Assembly (NCBI GenBank): GCA_965202655.1
Contig: CBDBBK010000002.1
Location: 884,685-948,684, forward strand
DNA: 64,000 nt
Source of the DNA: Vicinamibacterales bacterium
GTDB taxonomy: Bacteria; Acidobacteriota; Vicinamibacteria; Vicinamibacterales; UBA8438
Reading direction: 5' to 3'
How positions within the stretch are numbered: position 1 is the first letter of the stretch; each line of letters begins with the position of its first letter. The notes beneath the pieces are model-generated. The model was not told the origin of the DNA. It was given only the letters and a program-made list of their open reading frames with translations, and ran no database searches. The position numbers and the translations under genes are program-made. Positions 9,423 through 18,373 of the stretch are shown here, piece by piece.

Positions 9423-10601
9423 TCACAACGCTACAGCAGCGTCCGCTTTGGCAGGCTCGACTTCCAAGCGGGACGTGTAGCGCGGTGCCCATCTGGAGCC
9501 GGCCTCAATGAGCGCCAACCCAATCTGCTTCGCGAGAAGTGGCGGAACGGCGTTTCCGACCTGCACGTACTGTTCCGTGCGTGGACCAGCAAACAGGAAC
9601 CAGTCGAAGAAGGACTGGAGGCGGGCAGCTTCGCGGACACTCAGAGTACGATCCTGTTCGGGGTGAATGTAGGCTCCCCAATGCAGGTCACACTTGGTGA
9701 GAATCGTAGAAGCAAGCCCGTCTCTGCGAAGTCTACCGTAGCGCTTCGTGTGGTCACATCGGCGGGCGCGTTTCATCCCAGCGGGCAACAGCTCATACGG
9801 TACGTCGCGCCAGCTCCCGCCCTCGGGAATGTGCTGCATCCGGCGAAGGTTAATTGGCGCAAGGCAGGGGGCGGCATGGTTTGCGACGCGCACGGAGTCG
9901 CCACGAAGGTACGCTTGGTAATCAGTCCTCGGCGCCGTGCGGTAGCGTATCGGACCCTCGGGAACCTCGCCGTTCGCGAGCGGCGGAAGATCCCCGATGG
10001 CGTCCCACACCGTGACAAAGGGGCGGAGTCCAGGGCCGTGGGTCGGTGCCGGCCAGCGGATCGGGAGGCCCAGCCTGTTGCCCAGAAAAAAGATGCGGCG
10101 GCGCTCCTGCGGTACACCGTATTCCTCCGCTCGGAGAATCCGCGTCTCGACGGTGTACCCAAGGTCTCCAAGGCCGGCGAGGATGTTCTCGACGGCTTGA
10201 CCGTCACCGGTCGACGTGATGCCGGTGACGTTCTCCATGACGACCCATCTGGGCATCAGTCCCCTGACGACGCGTAGGTACTCACGGAACAAGCCACTCC
10301 GCTTGTCGTGCATTCCGCGCTGGTGGTTGTAGACGCTGAACGCTTGGCATGGCGGGCCACCGATGAGACAGTCCAACTCCCGTTTCTTAATCCCTGCGGC
10401 TCTCAGGAAATCGCGGGCAGAAATGTCTTCGATGGCACCCGGCAGAAACTGCGCTTCGCGATGGCTCGCCACGTACGTATCGGCGGCGAAGGGGTCGAGA
10501 TCGTTGCCCGCAAGGACGCGGAATCCTGCTTGGCGGAAGCCCTCGGAGAGGCCGCCCGCGCCACAGAATAGGTCGATGGCTGTCCATGGGCGATCGGTCA
10601 T
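9423..10601 (-). CDS. DNA (cytosine-5) methyltransferase
   Basis: Motif I DLFCGAGG, IV GGPPCQ, VI ENV, VIII QERRR, IX REAARLQSF, X GNAVPP. Confidence 0.97.
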   Translation of the reverse strand: MTDRPWTAIDLFCGAGGLSEGFRQAGFRVLAGNDLDPFAADTYVASHREAQFLPGAIEDISARDFLRAAGIKKRELDCLIGGPPCQAFSVYNHQRGMHDKRSGLFREYLRVVRGLMPRWVVMENVTGITSTGDGQAVENILAGLGDLGYTVETRILRAEEYGVPQERRRIFFLGNRLGLPIRWPAPTHGPGLRPFVTVWDAIGDLPPLANGEVPEGPIRYRTAPRTDYQAYLRGDSVRVANHAAPCLAPINLRRMQHIPEGGSWRDVPYELLPAGMKRARRCDHTKRYGRLRRDGLASTILTKCDLHWGAYIHPEQDRTLSVREAARLQSFFDWFLFAGPRTEQYVQVGNAVPPLLAKQIGLALIEAGSRWAPRYTSRLEVEPAKADAAVAL

Positions 10602-10792
10602 CGTCTGGGCGGTCTCCCGGACGACATCGTGAGTGGAAGCTGAAGTTCATCGCTCCGGTATCGCTCCAGAAACTCGACAACGGCTTGCCGACCGAGCCAA
10701 GCGAGAGAGATGCGATGTTTTTCGGCGAGAGCCGAGAGTTCGCTGTACTCTTGCTCAGACAGGCCCACGGAGATTCGCGGTTTTGCGACCAT
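10598..10792 (-). CDS. Ribbon-helix-helix (CopG-like) regulator; putative RM controller coupled to the MTase
   Basis: MVAKPRISVGLSEQEYSELSALAEKHRISLAWLGRQAVVEFLE beta-alpha-alpha pattern; its stop overlaps the MTase ATG. Confidence 0.8.
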   Translation of the reverse strand: MVAKPRISVGLSEQEYSELSALAEKHRISLAWLGRQAVVEFLERYRSDELQLPLTMSSGRPPRR

Positions 10793-10811
10793 CGTATCTA
10801 GCCCATAATGC

Positions 10812-10862
10812 AGCGTCCTGCCACACGATGCAGCAAACGTGAGCATTGTGAGGCAGGATGCT
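10812..10862. promoter_or_regulatory. Imperfect 20-bp inverted repeat upstream of the RHH-MTase operon (candidate operator)
   Basis: AGCGTCCTGCCACACGATGC (10812-10831) vs reverse complement of 10843-10862, AGCATCCTGCCTCACAATGC: 17/20 match, 11-nt spacer. Confidence 0.55.
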
Positions 10863-11251
10863 CAGCGAGTCAAGCTGTTTCTGAGCTGGTCCCTAGCGCC
10901 CGTTCCCTGCGGCGCTCCCGCTAGCGGTAGGCTGCCACGACGGCGGGTTGAGGCCGACGGTGTGGTTATCCGGCGTCGGGCTCTCGGAACGATCAGCGAA
11001 CCGCCGTCGGATTTCTGCAGAGGGCGATCTGCACCGGTCTCCGCCGATCGGTGGACCAGAGGATTGCAGCAGGGAGACGGCGACGCGCGAGACCCTTCCT
11101 GAGAGTCTGTGTTTCCAGTGTTCCGCTTTGGCTTGCTTTCGAGCCGCGAACCTGGAGGTAGCGAGCAAAGTCCAGCGGCAGCTTCAGCGCCACGACGACA
11201 CGGGAGACGCGAGGCTGGTCGCGCGGACCAGTGGTTGAAATGCCGCCTGGC

Positions 11252-12088
11252 TCAACTATCCTGAGGGCGGTCAAGCGAACGTCTAATCCGCTCACAGAAG
11301 GCGGCACGTGATGGTGCTTCCTTGTAGAGAACTGCCTGCTGGAGGTTAGCGTGGCTGGTGCCTTCCACAGTGTCGAGGACGAGTCTCGGTGTTCCAGCGT
11401 TGTCGCGGTCGTCTTCGTAGCGGTAAGCCATGAAGATGATATTGACCGTGTTGTTCTTCACGTCGTCGGTACGCATGAATTCGGCCCAGTCGCAGATGTA
11501 GTCGTAGACGACATCCTGCATTACGGCGACGATCTTGGTTCCCCAATGGTGGTGAAAATAGCCTTTGCGTATGAGCTGGGTGATATAGCGCTTGTAAACA
11601 TTGCCCCAGTTCAGTCCGTACTTGGGACGCCGGTCTAAATCTCTGTCGGCCAGTAGTGCCTTGTAGGCGGGCATTACGGTGCCGGAAATGTCCATGGCCT
11701 GCAGTTCGACAGAGAGGAAGTCAGAGATTGTTCCGCCTTGTCTGATGTCAGCGATGACGAAATCCACATTGCCGAACTCCGCCATCTGGACTTCACGGGC
11801 GATTTGAGGGTTGGCGGGCGGATCGCCGGGCCAGCAATTGGCGACGATGTCCGGCAGAAAATCAACGGCATAGAATCGCTTCGGGCAAACGCAGATCCGG
11901 TTCGGTTGGCCGGCAATAGTGCGTCGGATCGAGCAGACGGGATATGGCACGTCGCCGAGAGAAGTGCTGCGCTTACTGCATCTGGTGCCGAGGAAGGGGC
12001 ACCGATAATCACGCGCTGCCGGATCGAACCCTCTGACAGCGGGTTGTCCGAGCACCTCGCAGAGGATCTCTGTGGGATCACACGGCAA
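11252..12088 (-). CDS. NotI-family restriction endonuclease (paralog B)
   Basis: Cys4 motif CPF-x4-CSK...CS...CVCPKR; GNVDFVI...SVELQAMDISG; NWGNVYKRYITQLIRKG. Confidence 0.8.
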   Translation of the reverse strand: MPCDPTEILCEVLGQPAVRGFDPAARDYRCPFLGTRCSKRSTSLGDVPYPVCSIRRTIAGQPNRICVCPKRFYAVDFLPDIVANCWPGDPPANPQIAREVQMAEFGNVDFVIADIRQGGTISDFLSVELQAMDISGTVMPAYKALLADRDLDRRPKYGLNWGNVYKRYITQLIRKGYFHHHWGTKIVAVMQDVVYDYICDWAEFMRTDDVKNNTVNIIFMAYRYEDDRDNAGTPRLVLDTVEGTSHANLQQAVLYKEAPSRAAFCERIRRSLDRPQDS

Positions 12089-12427
12089 AGGCGGTTTCCT
12101 TGGCTAGCTCGACGCGCCAAATGTGTACCTCAGACATCGGGCAGTAAGTATTGTAGCGTCAATGACGTCACGAACACGTGGGAGGTCCGGCTGGCGCGTT
12201 CGTGCGGCGACACCGCGCCAGCGCGTGTCCTGTGCAGCGGATGGAAGCAGCAAACCATGGCCGCACCGCAGTGGTCGATCGCCGGACGGTATCGCACGCC
12301 AGAAACCAGTCGCGGACAAGACGACGGCGGAGGGACGGAGGGAAGCTGCGTTGTGTGGCAGCTAGTGGTCCGTCACGTGTCAACCTTAGGACTATCGGGA
12401 AGCTGGTTTCGAGCCGAAACAGCTTTC

Positions 12428-12874
12428 ATGCCGGAGAAAAAGTACATCGTTCGACTCAGCGCCCAGGAACGCGAGATCTGTCGACAGACGGTCCGCAAGC
12501 TCAAGGGTAGCAGCGAGAAGGTGCGGCGCGCTCAGATTCTCTTGCAGGCGGATGTGGACGGACCGGGGTGGACCGACCAGCAGATCGCCGACGCCTTGTC
12601 GTGCCGCACGAAGACCGTCGAGAACATTCGCCAACGCTGCGTTCAAGCGGGTTTCGAGCGGGCCCTGGAACGCAAACGGCGGGTGTTGCCCCCCGGTCTG
12701 AAGCTGCTCGACGGCGAACAGGAGGCGCAGGTCATCGCCCTGCGCCTGGGGTCGCCGCCGCAGGGCTACGCGAACTGGTCGTTGCGGCTGTTGGCGCGCC
12801 GTGTCGTCGAGTTGGGGGTGGTCGAGTCGGTCAGCCATGAAACGATCCGGCGGACGCTCAAAAAAACGCGATGA
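12428..12874 (+). CDS. IS630 transposase OrfA (HTH part)
   Basis: KKYIVRLSAQER...RRAQILLQAD...W.DQQIA..L...WSLRLLA...SHETIRRTLKK; ends just after an A7 slippery run. Confidence 0.9.
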   Translation: MPEKKYIVRLSAQEREICRQTVRKLKGSSEKVRRAQILLQADVDGPGWTDQQIADALSCRTKTVENIRQRCVQAGFERALERKRRVLPPGLKLLDGEQEAQVIALRLGSPPQGYANWSLRLLARRVVELGVVESVSHETIRRTLKKTR

Positions 12875-13566
12875 CCCGGCGGAAGCTCGAGTACTGGGTG
12901 ATCCCGCCGCAGGCCGATGCCGAATTCGTGGCGCACATGGAACAGGTCTTGGACCTGTATCAGCAACCCTACGACCCGGCCAGCCCCGTCGTGTGCATGG
13001 ATGAGCAGCCGGTGCAGCTGGTCCAGGAGACGCGCCCGCCGGTGGCCGCCACGAAGACACGCCCGCGTCGCGTCGACTACGAATACGAACGGGCCGGCAC
13101 GGCCTCGGTGTTCCTGTTCAGCGAGCCGCTGGCGGGTTGGCGCCAGGCGACGGCCCGAGCCCGGCGTACGAAGGCGGACTGGGCGGTCGAGGTCGCCGCG
13201 CTGCTGGAAGGCCGCTACGCCGACTGCCCGCGGGTCACCCTCGTGTGCGACAACCTCAATACGCACACGAAGGGCGCCTTCTACGAAGTGTTCGAGCCGG
13301 TGCGGGCACGAGAACTGGTTCGTCGCCTCGCGTTCTGCTACACGCCCAAACACGGGAGCTGGCTGAACATCGCGGAGAACGAGCTCAGCGCCATGACGCG
13401 CCAATGCCTGCGCGGACGCCGCATCGGCGACCTCGAGACGTTGCACGACGAAGTGTCGGCGTGGTCCAGCGACGTCAACCACACCCAACGCGGCGTCGAC
13501 TGGCAGATGAAGGTCGACGATGCTCGCTATAAACTCAAGTCCGTCTATCCGAATATTGTGATGTGA
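12871..13566 (+). CDS. IS630 transposase OrfB (DDE domain), probably fused to OrfA by -1 frameshifting
   Basis: VVCMDE, LVCDNLNTH, YTPKHGSWLNIAENE DDE_3 motifs. Confidence 0.9.
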   Translation: MTRRKLEYWVIPPQADAEFVAHMEQVLDLYQQPYDPASPVVCMDEQPVQLVQETRPPVAATKTRPRRVDYEYERAGTASVFLFSEPLAGWRQATARARRTKADWAVEVAALLEGRYADCPRVTLVCDNLNTHTKGAFYEVFEPVRARELVRRLAFCYTPKHGSWLNIAENELSAMTRQCLRGRRIGDLETLHDEVSAWSSDVNHTQRGVDWQMKVDDARYKLKSVYPNIVM

Positions 13567-13766
13567 CGGACCACTAGGCGCCGTGGGACAATTCGTTCTC
13601 CGCACTGCGGACGTGCCGGGAACGAAGCCCCGGGAGCGCCTTCTGGGGAAGGTGTCGCGGTCACGGGCCGACATGAACTTCGGGATATCGGAGGGCGGAT
13701 CGACCGGCGTCCTCGCTTTTTTGTCCGGCCTCTCGACCTGCCTACGTCACGAAGGAGCAGATCATT

Positions 13767-15953
13767 GTGAAGGGAATCCACGACTGGGCGCCTTGGTTCC
13801 AAGAACTCGCGCGGGCCGTTCTGGGGGCAGGAGAAGCCGGATTGATCACCCAGGTCAACCAAGTGGACTGGGGGGGGGACGGCAGACCCGAGTTGCTCAG
13901 GAATGGTGATCCGGGAATCGATCCGTTCTCGTTCTTCTACTCTTTGGCTCAGAAGAACACCAAGAACCAGCGGCCGAGGGTCTATCCCAGTGTCGCGAAG
14001 TACTTCGGGCTAGCGCCTCCGCCGGATCCGGAGAATGCGGATCTCTACACGTTTCCCAGCCCGATTCCAAGCGCTCCCGCCGTTTTCAACGACAGACGTG
14101 AATTCAGGCCCGATCTACTGTGGCGTCTGTTCCGGCAGGCAGTCGAGGACGAGCCGCAAATCGATCCGGAGCTGTTTCGGGAGGTTCTGGGAATCAGGTT
14201 TGTAGCGATAAAGAAGCTGACGCATACGCTGTGCCTGATCAACCCGAACTACTTCGTGCCTGCCGATGCGCTGAAACATCTGCCAGCGAACCGCGGCATG
14301 GACCTAGAGCGCTGTGGTCATGCAGAGTACGTGTCGGCCATGGACAAGGCCAAGCGGACCTTCCCAGAATGCCTTGCGTACGAGATCAACACGTTCGTGT
14401 TCTTCCAGTACATGTCGGGATCTCCGCTGATCACGGTCGAGTCCCGGTACTTCCAGGTCGGCACACAAGCCTATGGGGAGGACCGTTGGACCGACTTCGC
14501 CGGGAGCAACGCTGTGTACACGGACGCATCCAGACCAGGAGGCCGCGCTGGTTCATGGAGTGAGGAGACGACTGAGGGCGACCCTCCGCGCACCCCGTAT
14601 CCTCTCGCGGAGCCCAGGCGGGGAGACGTCATCCTGGTCCGCGCCGGGTTCGAAGGGCGCGCGATAGGCGTCGTTCACAGCAACGACTACACCGAGCGCG
14701 ACGGACTGAAACTGAATAAACGCAGCAGACTCCACGTGTACTGGATCAACAAGGCCTCGGCCAGCTTGGCCCAGACGGACCAGAGGGCCTTCGCGGGCGT
14801 CCCGCGGGACAGCGCCACGTACAGGGCGTTTGCGACGGCGGTTGCGTACAAACCGACGTTTGCACTGCTCCACGAAGAGCTACGGAGGAACGGGATAGAA
14901 GTGAAGCCCCACCCCCTGAATCTGATCCTCTATGGGCCACCCGGCACTGGAAAGACGTGGCGCACGGTCACCCAGTCGGTAGCGATTGTCGGGGGCCGGA
15001 GCGTCCACGAAGTGTCAGAAGAGGAGCGGGAAGACCGCGCCGCCATCAAGCGCCGGTTTGACGAATACCGGGACGCGGGCCTGATCAAGATGGTCACCTT
15101 CCACCAGAACACCACTTACGAGGACTTCGTTGAGGGCATCCGGCCCGTGCTGGTGGGCGATGTGAGCGACGCGGACATCTCAGCCGAACCACAGAGCGTC
15201 GGAGATGTCCGGTACCAGTTGTCTCGCGGCGTTTTTCGGCGGATCGCTGAGCGCGCGGAGCAGGATCCGGACCGGCGTTACGTACTCGTCATCGACGAGA
15301 TCAACCGCGGCAACATCGCCGCGATCTTCGGCGAACTGATCACCCTGATCGAGGACTCGAAACGGATCGGTCGGGACGACGAGGCACGCGTGACACTGCC
15401 TGGCTCTAAGGCGGTCTTCGGCGTGCCGCCGAATTTGCATGTCCTCGGGACAATGAATACCGCGGACCGATCCATCGCCCTGCTGGACACGGCGCTACGA
15501 CGCCGGTTCGTTTTCGAGGAAATGATGCCGGATCCGCTCCATCCCGGCGTCGGTACGGACGTAGGTGGCGTGGATTGCCGAGCGCTCCTTGCCGCGATGA
15601 ATCGTCGAATCGCCGTCCTGCTCGACCGGGAGCACCAGATCGGCCACACGTACTTCCTGGGAGTAGACACACTGGAGTTGCTCGCGAGCACCTTCCGGAC
15701 CCGAATCATGCCGCTGCTGCAAGAGTACTTCTACGACGACTGGGAGAAGATCCGCGCCGTTCTGAACGACAACGGCTTCGTCCGGGAGTCGGACCCGCCG
15801 GAGGAACTGGTCGGATCGGGTCTTGTGGATGCCAGCCGGGCCGTGTACGAGTTGGCGCCTGCCGACGGCCTGTGGACCGCCGTTTCCGCGTACCAACGGA
15901 TCTACAAGGGTGAGACAGCGGCGGAAGGAGACAGCGCGACACAGGATGGCTGA
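13767..15953 (+). CDS. mcrB: McrB-family AAA+ GTPase with long N-terminal specificity region
   Basis: Walker A GPPGTGKT, VTFHQNTTYEDFVEG, Walker B VIDEINRGN, McrB signature MNTADRS, LRRRF, IGHTYF, PLLQEYFYDDWEKI. Confidence 0.9.
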   Translation: MKGIHDWAPWFQELARAVLGAGEAGLITQVNQVDWGGDGRPELLRNGDPGIDPFSFFYSLAQKNTKNQRPRVYPSVAKYFGLAPPPDPENADLYTFPSPIPSAPAVFNDRREFRPDLLWRLFRQAVEDEPQIDPELFREVLGIRFVAIKKLTHTLCLINPNYFVPADALKHLPANRGMDLERCGHAEYVSAMDKAKRTFPECLAYEINTFVFFQYMSGSPLITVESRYFQVGTQAYGEDRWTDFAGSNAVYTDASRPGGRAGSWSEETTEGDPPRTPYPLAEPRRGDVILVRAGFEGRAIGVVHSNDYTERDGLKLNKRSRLHVYWINKASASLAQTDQRAFAGVPRDSATYRAFATAVAYKPTFALLHEELRRNGIEVKPHPLNLILYGPPGTGKTWRTVTQSVAIVGGRSVHEVSEEEREDRAAIKRRFDEYRDAGLIKMVTFHQNTTYEDFVEGIRPVLVGDVSDADISAEPQSVGDVRYQLSRGVFRRIAERAEQDPDRRYVLVIDEINRGNIAAIFGELITLIEDSKRIGRDDEARVTLPGSKAVFGVPPNLHVLGTMNTADRSIALLDTALRRRFVFEEMMPDPLHPGVGTDVGGVDCRALLAAMNRRIAVLLDREHQIGHTYFLGVDTLELLASTFRTRIMPLLQEYFYDDWEKIRAVLNDNGFVRESDPPEELVGSGLVDASRAVYELAPADGLWTAVSAYQRIYKGETAAEGDSATQDG

Positions 15954-15955
15954 CC

Positions 15956-17410
15956 ATGCAGACCGTGGGCGCTCATGACCAAAGCGGGCTGGCCTCCGTG
16001 ACCCGAGCGGGTGATAACCCACCGGAACGCCAAACGGTGGGGACGAGCACACGCGCCTCCGTCTCGGACGCGCCGACGGCGCGTCCGAGACGCACGACGC
16101 CGCGTTTACTGGTTCTTCGAGAGTACGAGCCGCTGACTGGATTGCGTGAGGACGAGTTGCGCGATCTGGAGAGATTCGCGCATTCCCAGCCGACCGATGC
16201 GGAGGGCCGGCACCGACCGGTCCTCGCGTTCCAGCACGGTCGCCTCCACGCACGGAACTACGTCGGCGTGATTGAGACGCGCCAAGGAACGACGATTGAA
16301 ATACTGCCGAAGATCGACCTTGCGAACGTCGGGAACGAGTCGAGAAGGCCCAACAGGCACGGTGGCGACCAGACGGACGGCCCCGCCGATTCCTCAGGGA
16401 GCCTGCACGAATGCACCCGGAGGGTCTTCCTGGCCATGTTGCGAGACTGGCGCGGTCTCGGGCAAGCGCAGCTTGACGCGGCCAGTATCCGCGAGGTTCG
16501 CCGCTTCGACATGCTTGAAGCCTTCGTCCACCTGTTCCTGACGAACGTCATCGTGCTGACCCGGCGAGGCCTCGCTCGGGCGTACCGGACTCGGGAGGCG
16601 AATCTGCCATGTCTGCGCGGGCGGATTCTGTTCCCGCCGCATGTGCGCGAGAATCTGGTGGACCGCTCGCGCTTCTACGTGGGCTACGATGAGTTCACTG
16701 CGGACCGACCCGCGAACCGGCTGATCCACCTCGCGTTGCGGCGGCTCACGCGTGTCGTGCGCCATCCGGCCAACCGACAGCGGGTCCACCAGTTGCGCAT
16801 CGTCTTCTCCAACGTGCCACCTTCGACGAACCCAGACGACGATTGGGAGCGGCATCGTGTGGACCGCTCAATGCGGCACTACGACGCCGTGATGCCATGG
16901 GTTGGGTTGTTCCTGTTCGGCCACGGTCTCGCCACGTTCGGCGGATCGCACGTCAACCGTGCGCTGCTGTTTCCGATGGAGGAAGTGTTCGAGGACTTCG
17001 TCACTGCCGCCCTCCGTCGTCACCAGCGGCGGTTCATCGTGCGCGCCCAGGGCCCCATGCGACCTCTGGCGACGGACAGCGCCGGCGCGGCAGCCTTTCG
17101 GCTGAAACCGGATGTAGTCCTGATGGAGCACGGGCAGTGCCGATTCGTTCTGGACGCGAAGTGGAAGCATCTCGACACCGCCGCGCCCAACCATGGCGTC
17201 AGTCAGGGCGACGCGTACCAACTCTTCGCGTACGGGAAGCGCTACGGCTGCCGACGCGTCGCCCTGATCTATCCGACGACCACGGCGTTTCGCGAACCAC
17301 GGATGTTCCGATTTGTTGATGAGGGCGCTCTGGAGATGGCCTGTTTTCCGTTCGACGCGACCGACTCCGAAGCGGCGATACGCGTGATGATGCACGAACT
17401 GCTACGCTGA
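15956..17410 (+). CDS. mcrC: McrC-family PD-(D/E)XK nuclease subunit
   Basis: YVGVI...IEILPK; DEFTADRPANRLI; LFPMEEVFEDFV; LKPDVV...VLDAKWK...DAYQLFAYGKRY; 2 bp after mcrB. Confidence 0.9.
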   Translation: MQTVGAHDQSGLASVTRAGDNPPERQTVGTSTRASVSDAPTARPRRTTPRLLVLREYEPLTGLREDELRDLERFAHSQPTDAEGRHRPVLAFQHGRLHARNYVGVIETRQGTTIEILPKIDLANVGNESRRPNRHGGDQTDGPADSSGSLHECTRRVFLAMLRDWRGLGQAQLDAASIREVRRFDMLEAFVHLFLTNVIVLTRRGLARAYRTREANLPCLRGRILFPPHVRENLVDRSRFYVGYDEFTADRPANRLIHLALRRLTRVVRHPANRQRVHQLRIVFSNVPPSTNPDDDWERHRVDRSMRHYDAVMPWVGLFLFGHGLATFGGSHVNRALLFPMEEVFEDFVTAALRRHQRRFIVRAQGPMRPLATDSAGAAAFRLKPDVVLMEHGQCRFVLDAKWKHLDTAAPNHGVSQGDAYQLFAYGKRYGCRRVALIYPTTTAFREPRMFRFVDEGALEMACFPFDATDSEAAIRVMMHELLR

Positions 17411-17496
17411 CAGACCTGGATGTTGGCACTCCTGCGCCGCGTCGCGCCAGCCTTCGAGTTGGCCCACAACAGCGCCCCGCAGGACGATGTCCCGCT

Positions 17497-17898
17497 CTAG
17501 CTCGCCCGAAACACAAGGGCGCCTACTGCCAATAGGGCGCCAACGGCGAACGTCCCCAGTTGCCAGTAGAGCAGTGTCCACGTTCGCTTGCTACGCTTCC
17601 GGTTCTTGCGGCGCCGCTCCCTCAGCTCCATGATGCCCATTCTGCGCCGCGCTAGCTGTGCAGACTCTCGAAAATCCTCGAGTCGGTTCACTGCGCACCA
17701 GAGGGCAAGGCCGGCGGAAGAGACGAGACACACGATCCCGATCACCAAGAGACACGACTGCCAGCCACTCAACTCCCGAGAGACGGCGAAACCGATGGAT
17801 GCCGTAGTCAAAGCAAGCACGGTGTTGTTAACGAAACCCAGTTGGGCAACCGAGTGACCTTGCCATCGAACAACCCGCGAATGTCGGTCAGCTCCCAT
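17497..17898 (-). CDS. Small multi-TM hypothetical protein
   Basis: 133 aa, about three hydrophobic segments separated by a basic cytoplasmic stretch (NRLEDFRESAQLARRR...RKNRKRSKRTW). Confidence 0.6.
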   Translation of the reverse strand: MGADRHSRVVRWQGHSVAQLGFVNNTVLALTTASIGFAVSRELSGWQSCLLVIGIVCLVSSAGLALWCAVNRLEDFRESAQLARRRMGIMELRERRRKNRKRSKRTWTLLYWQLGTFAVGALLAVGALVFRAS

Positions 17899-18373
17899 CG
17901 CAGGCGAGCATACAGCACCACGACGCGACGGACGGGTGCGGTCGCGGCGGGGGAACGACCTACCGGAACTGTCCCTTGGCGTATCGCCAGTCGTCGTGCC
18001 GGTGCGTTTGGGTGGGCGTGGTCGCTGGTGCTAGCGCTGAGACCGCGTTGCGCTGGCGGCGGCGTGGATGGCGCATGAACGACAGCGCGAGCTGGCGGTC
18101 GGCATGGTTTCAACGCCGTCGTTCTTCGGTCGCCGGTTGTCATCGACGGGGGCACGCTCGACGTGTCAACCGTCGCCCTTCCGGTCGTTGACACCGATGC
18201 CTGCGTGGTCGCTCCGCGGGTCTTCCTCGTGATCGGCGCCGACGGTGTGCTGCTCGCCGCCAAGCACATCAAGCTGTTGAGGTGGACGGTGCTGGGCCTG
18301 CTGCGGCGGGTGTCGACGTCGGTCAGCCGGGACGCGGATACAATCGCCGGCGAGATGAGGAGGGCGGCGCACG

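Larger units (their letters stand above)
12363..13576 (+). mobile_element. IS630-family insertion sequence, apparently intact
   Basis: Terminal inverted repeats GTGGTCCGTCAC (12365-12376 / 13563-13574), each flanked by TA within CTAG; two overlapping transposase ORFs. Confidence 0.92.

Noticed and set aside
10870-11250. Short ORFs between the RHH gene and REase B
   Set aside because: Several competing frames, none with an RBS or recognisable motif.
8506-12088. Inferring the REase site as GCGGCCGC from the NotI family label
   Set aside because: Family membership does not fix specificity; GCGGCCGC occurs in the window (e.g. about 3659 and 25995) and depletion cannot be tested here.
12130-13909. 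A gene interrupted by IS630 (the frame ...VWQL|GAVGQFVLR... rejoins after excision)
   Set aside because: The rejoined peptide is not protein-like or recognisable; open frames are common at this GC.
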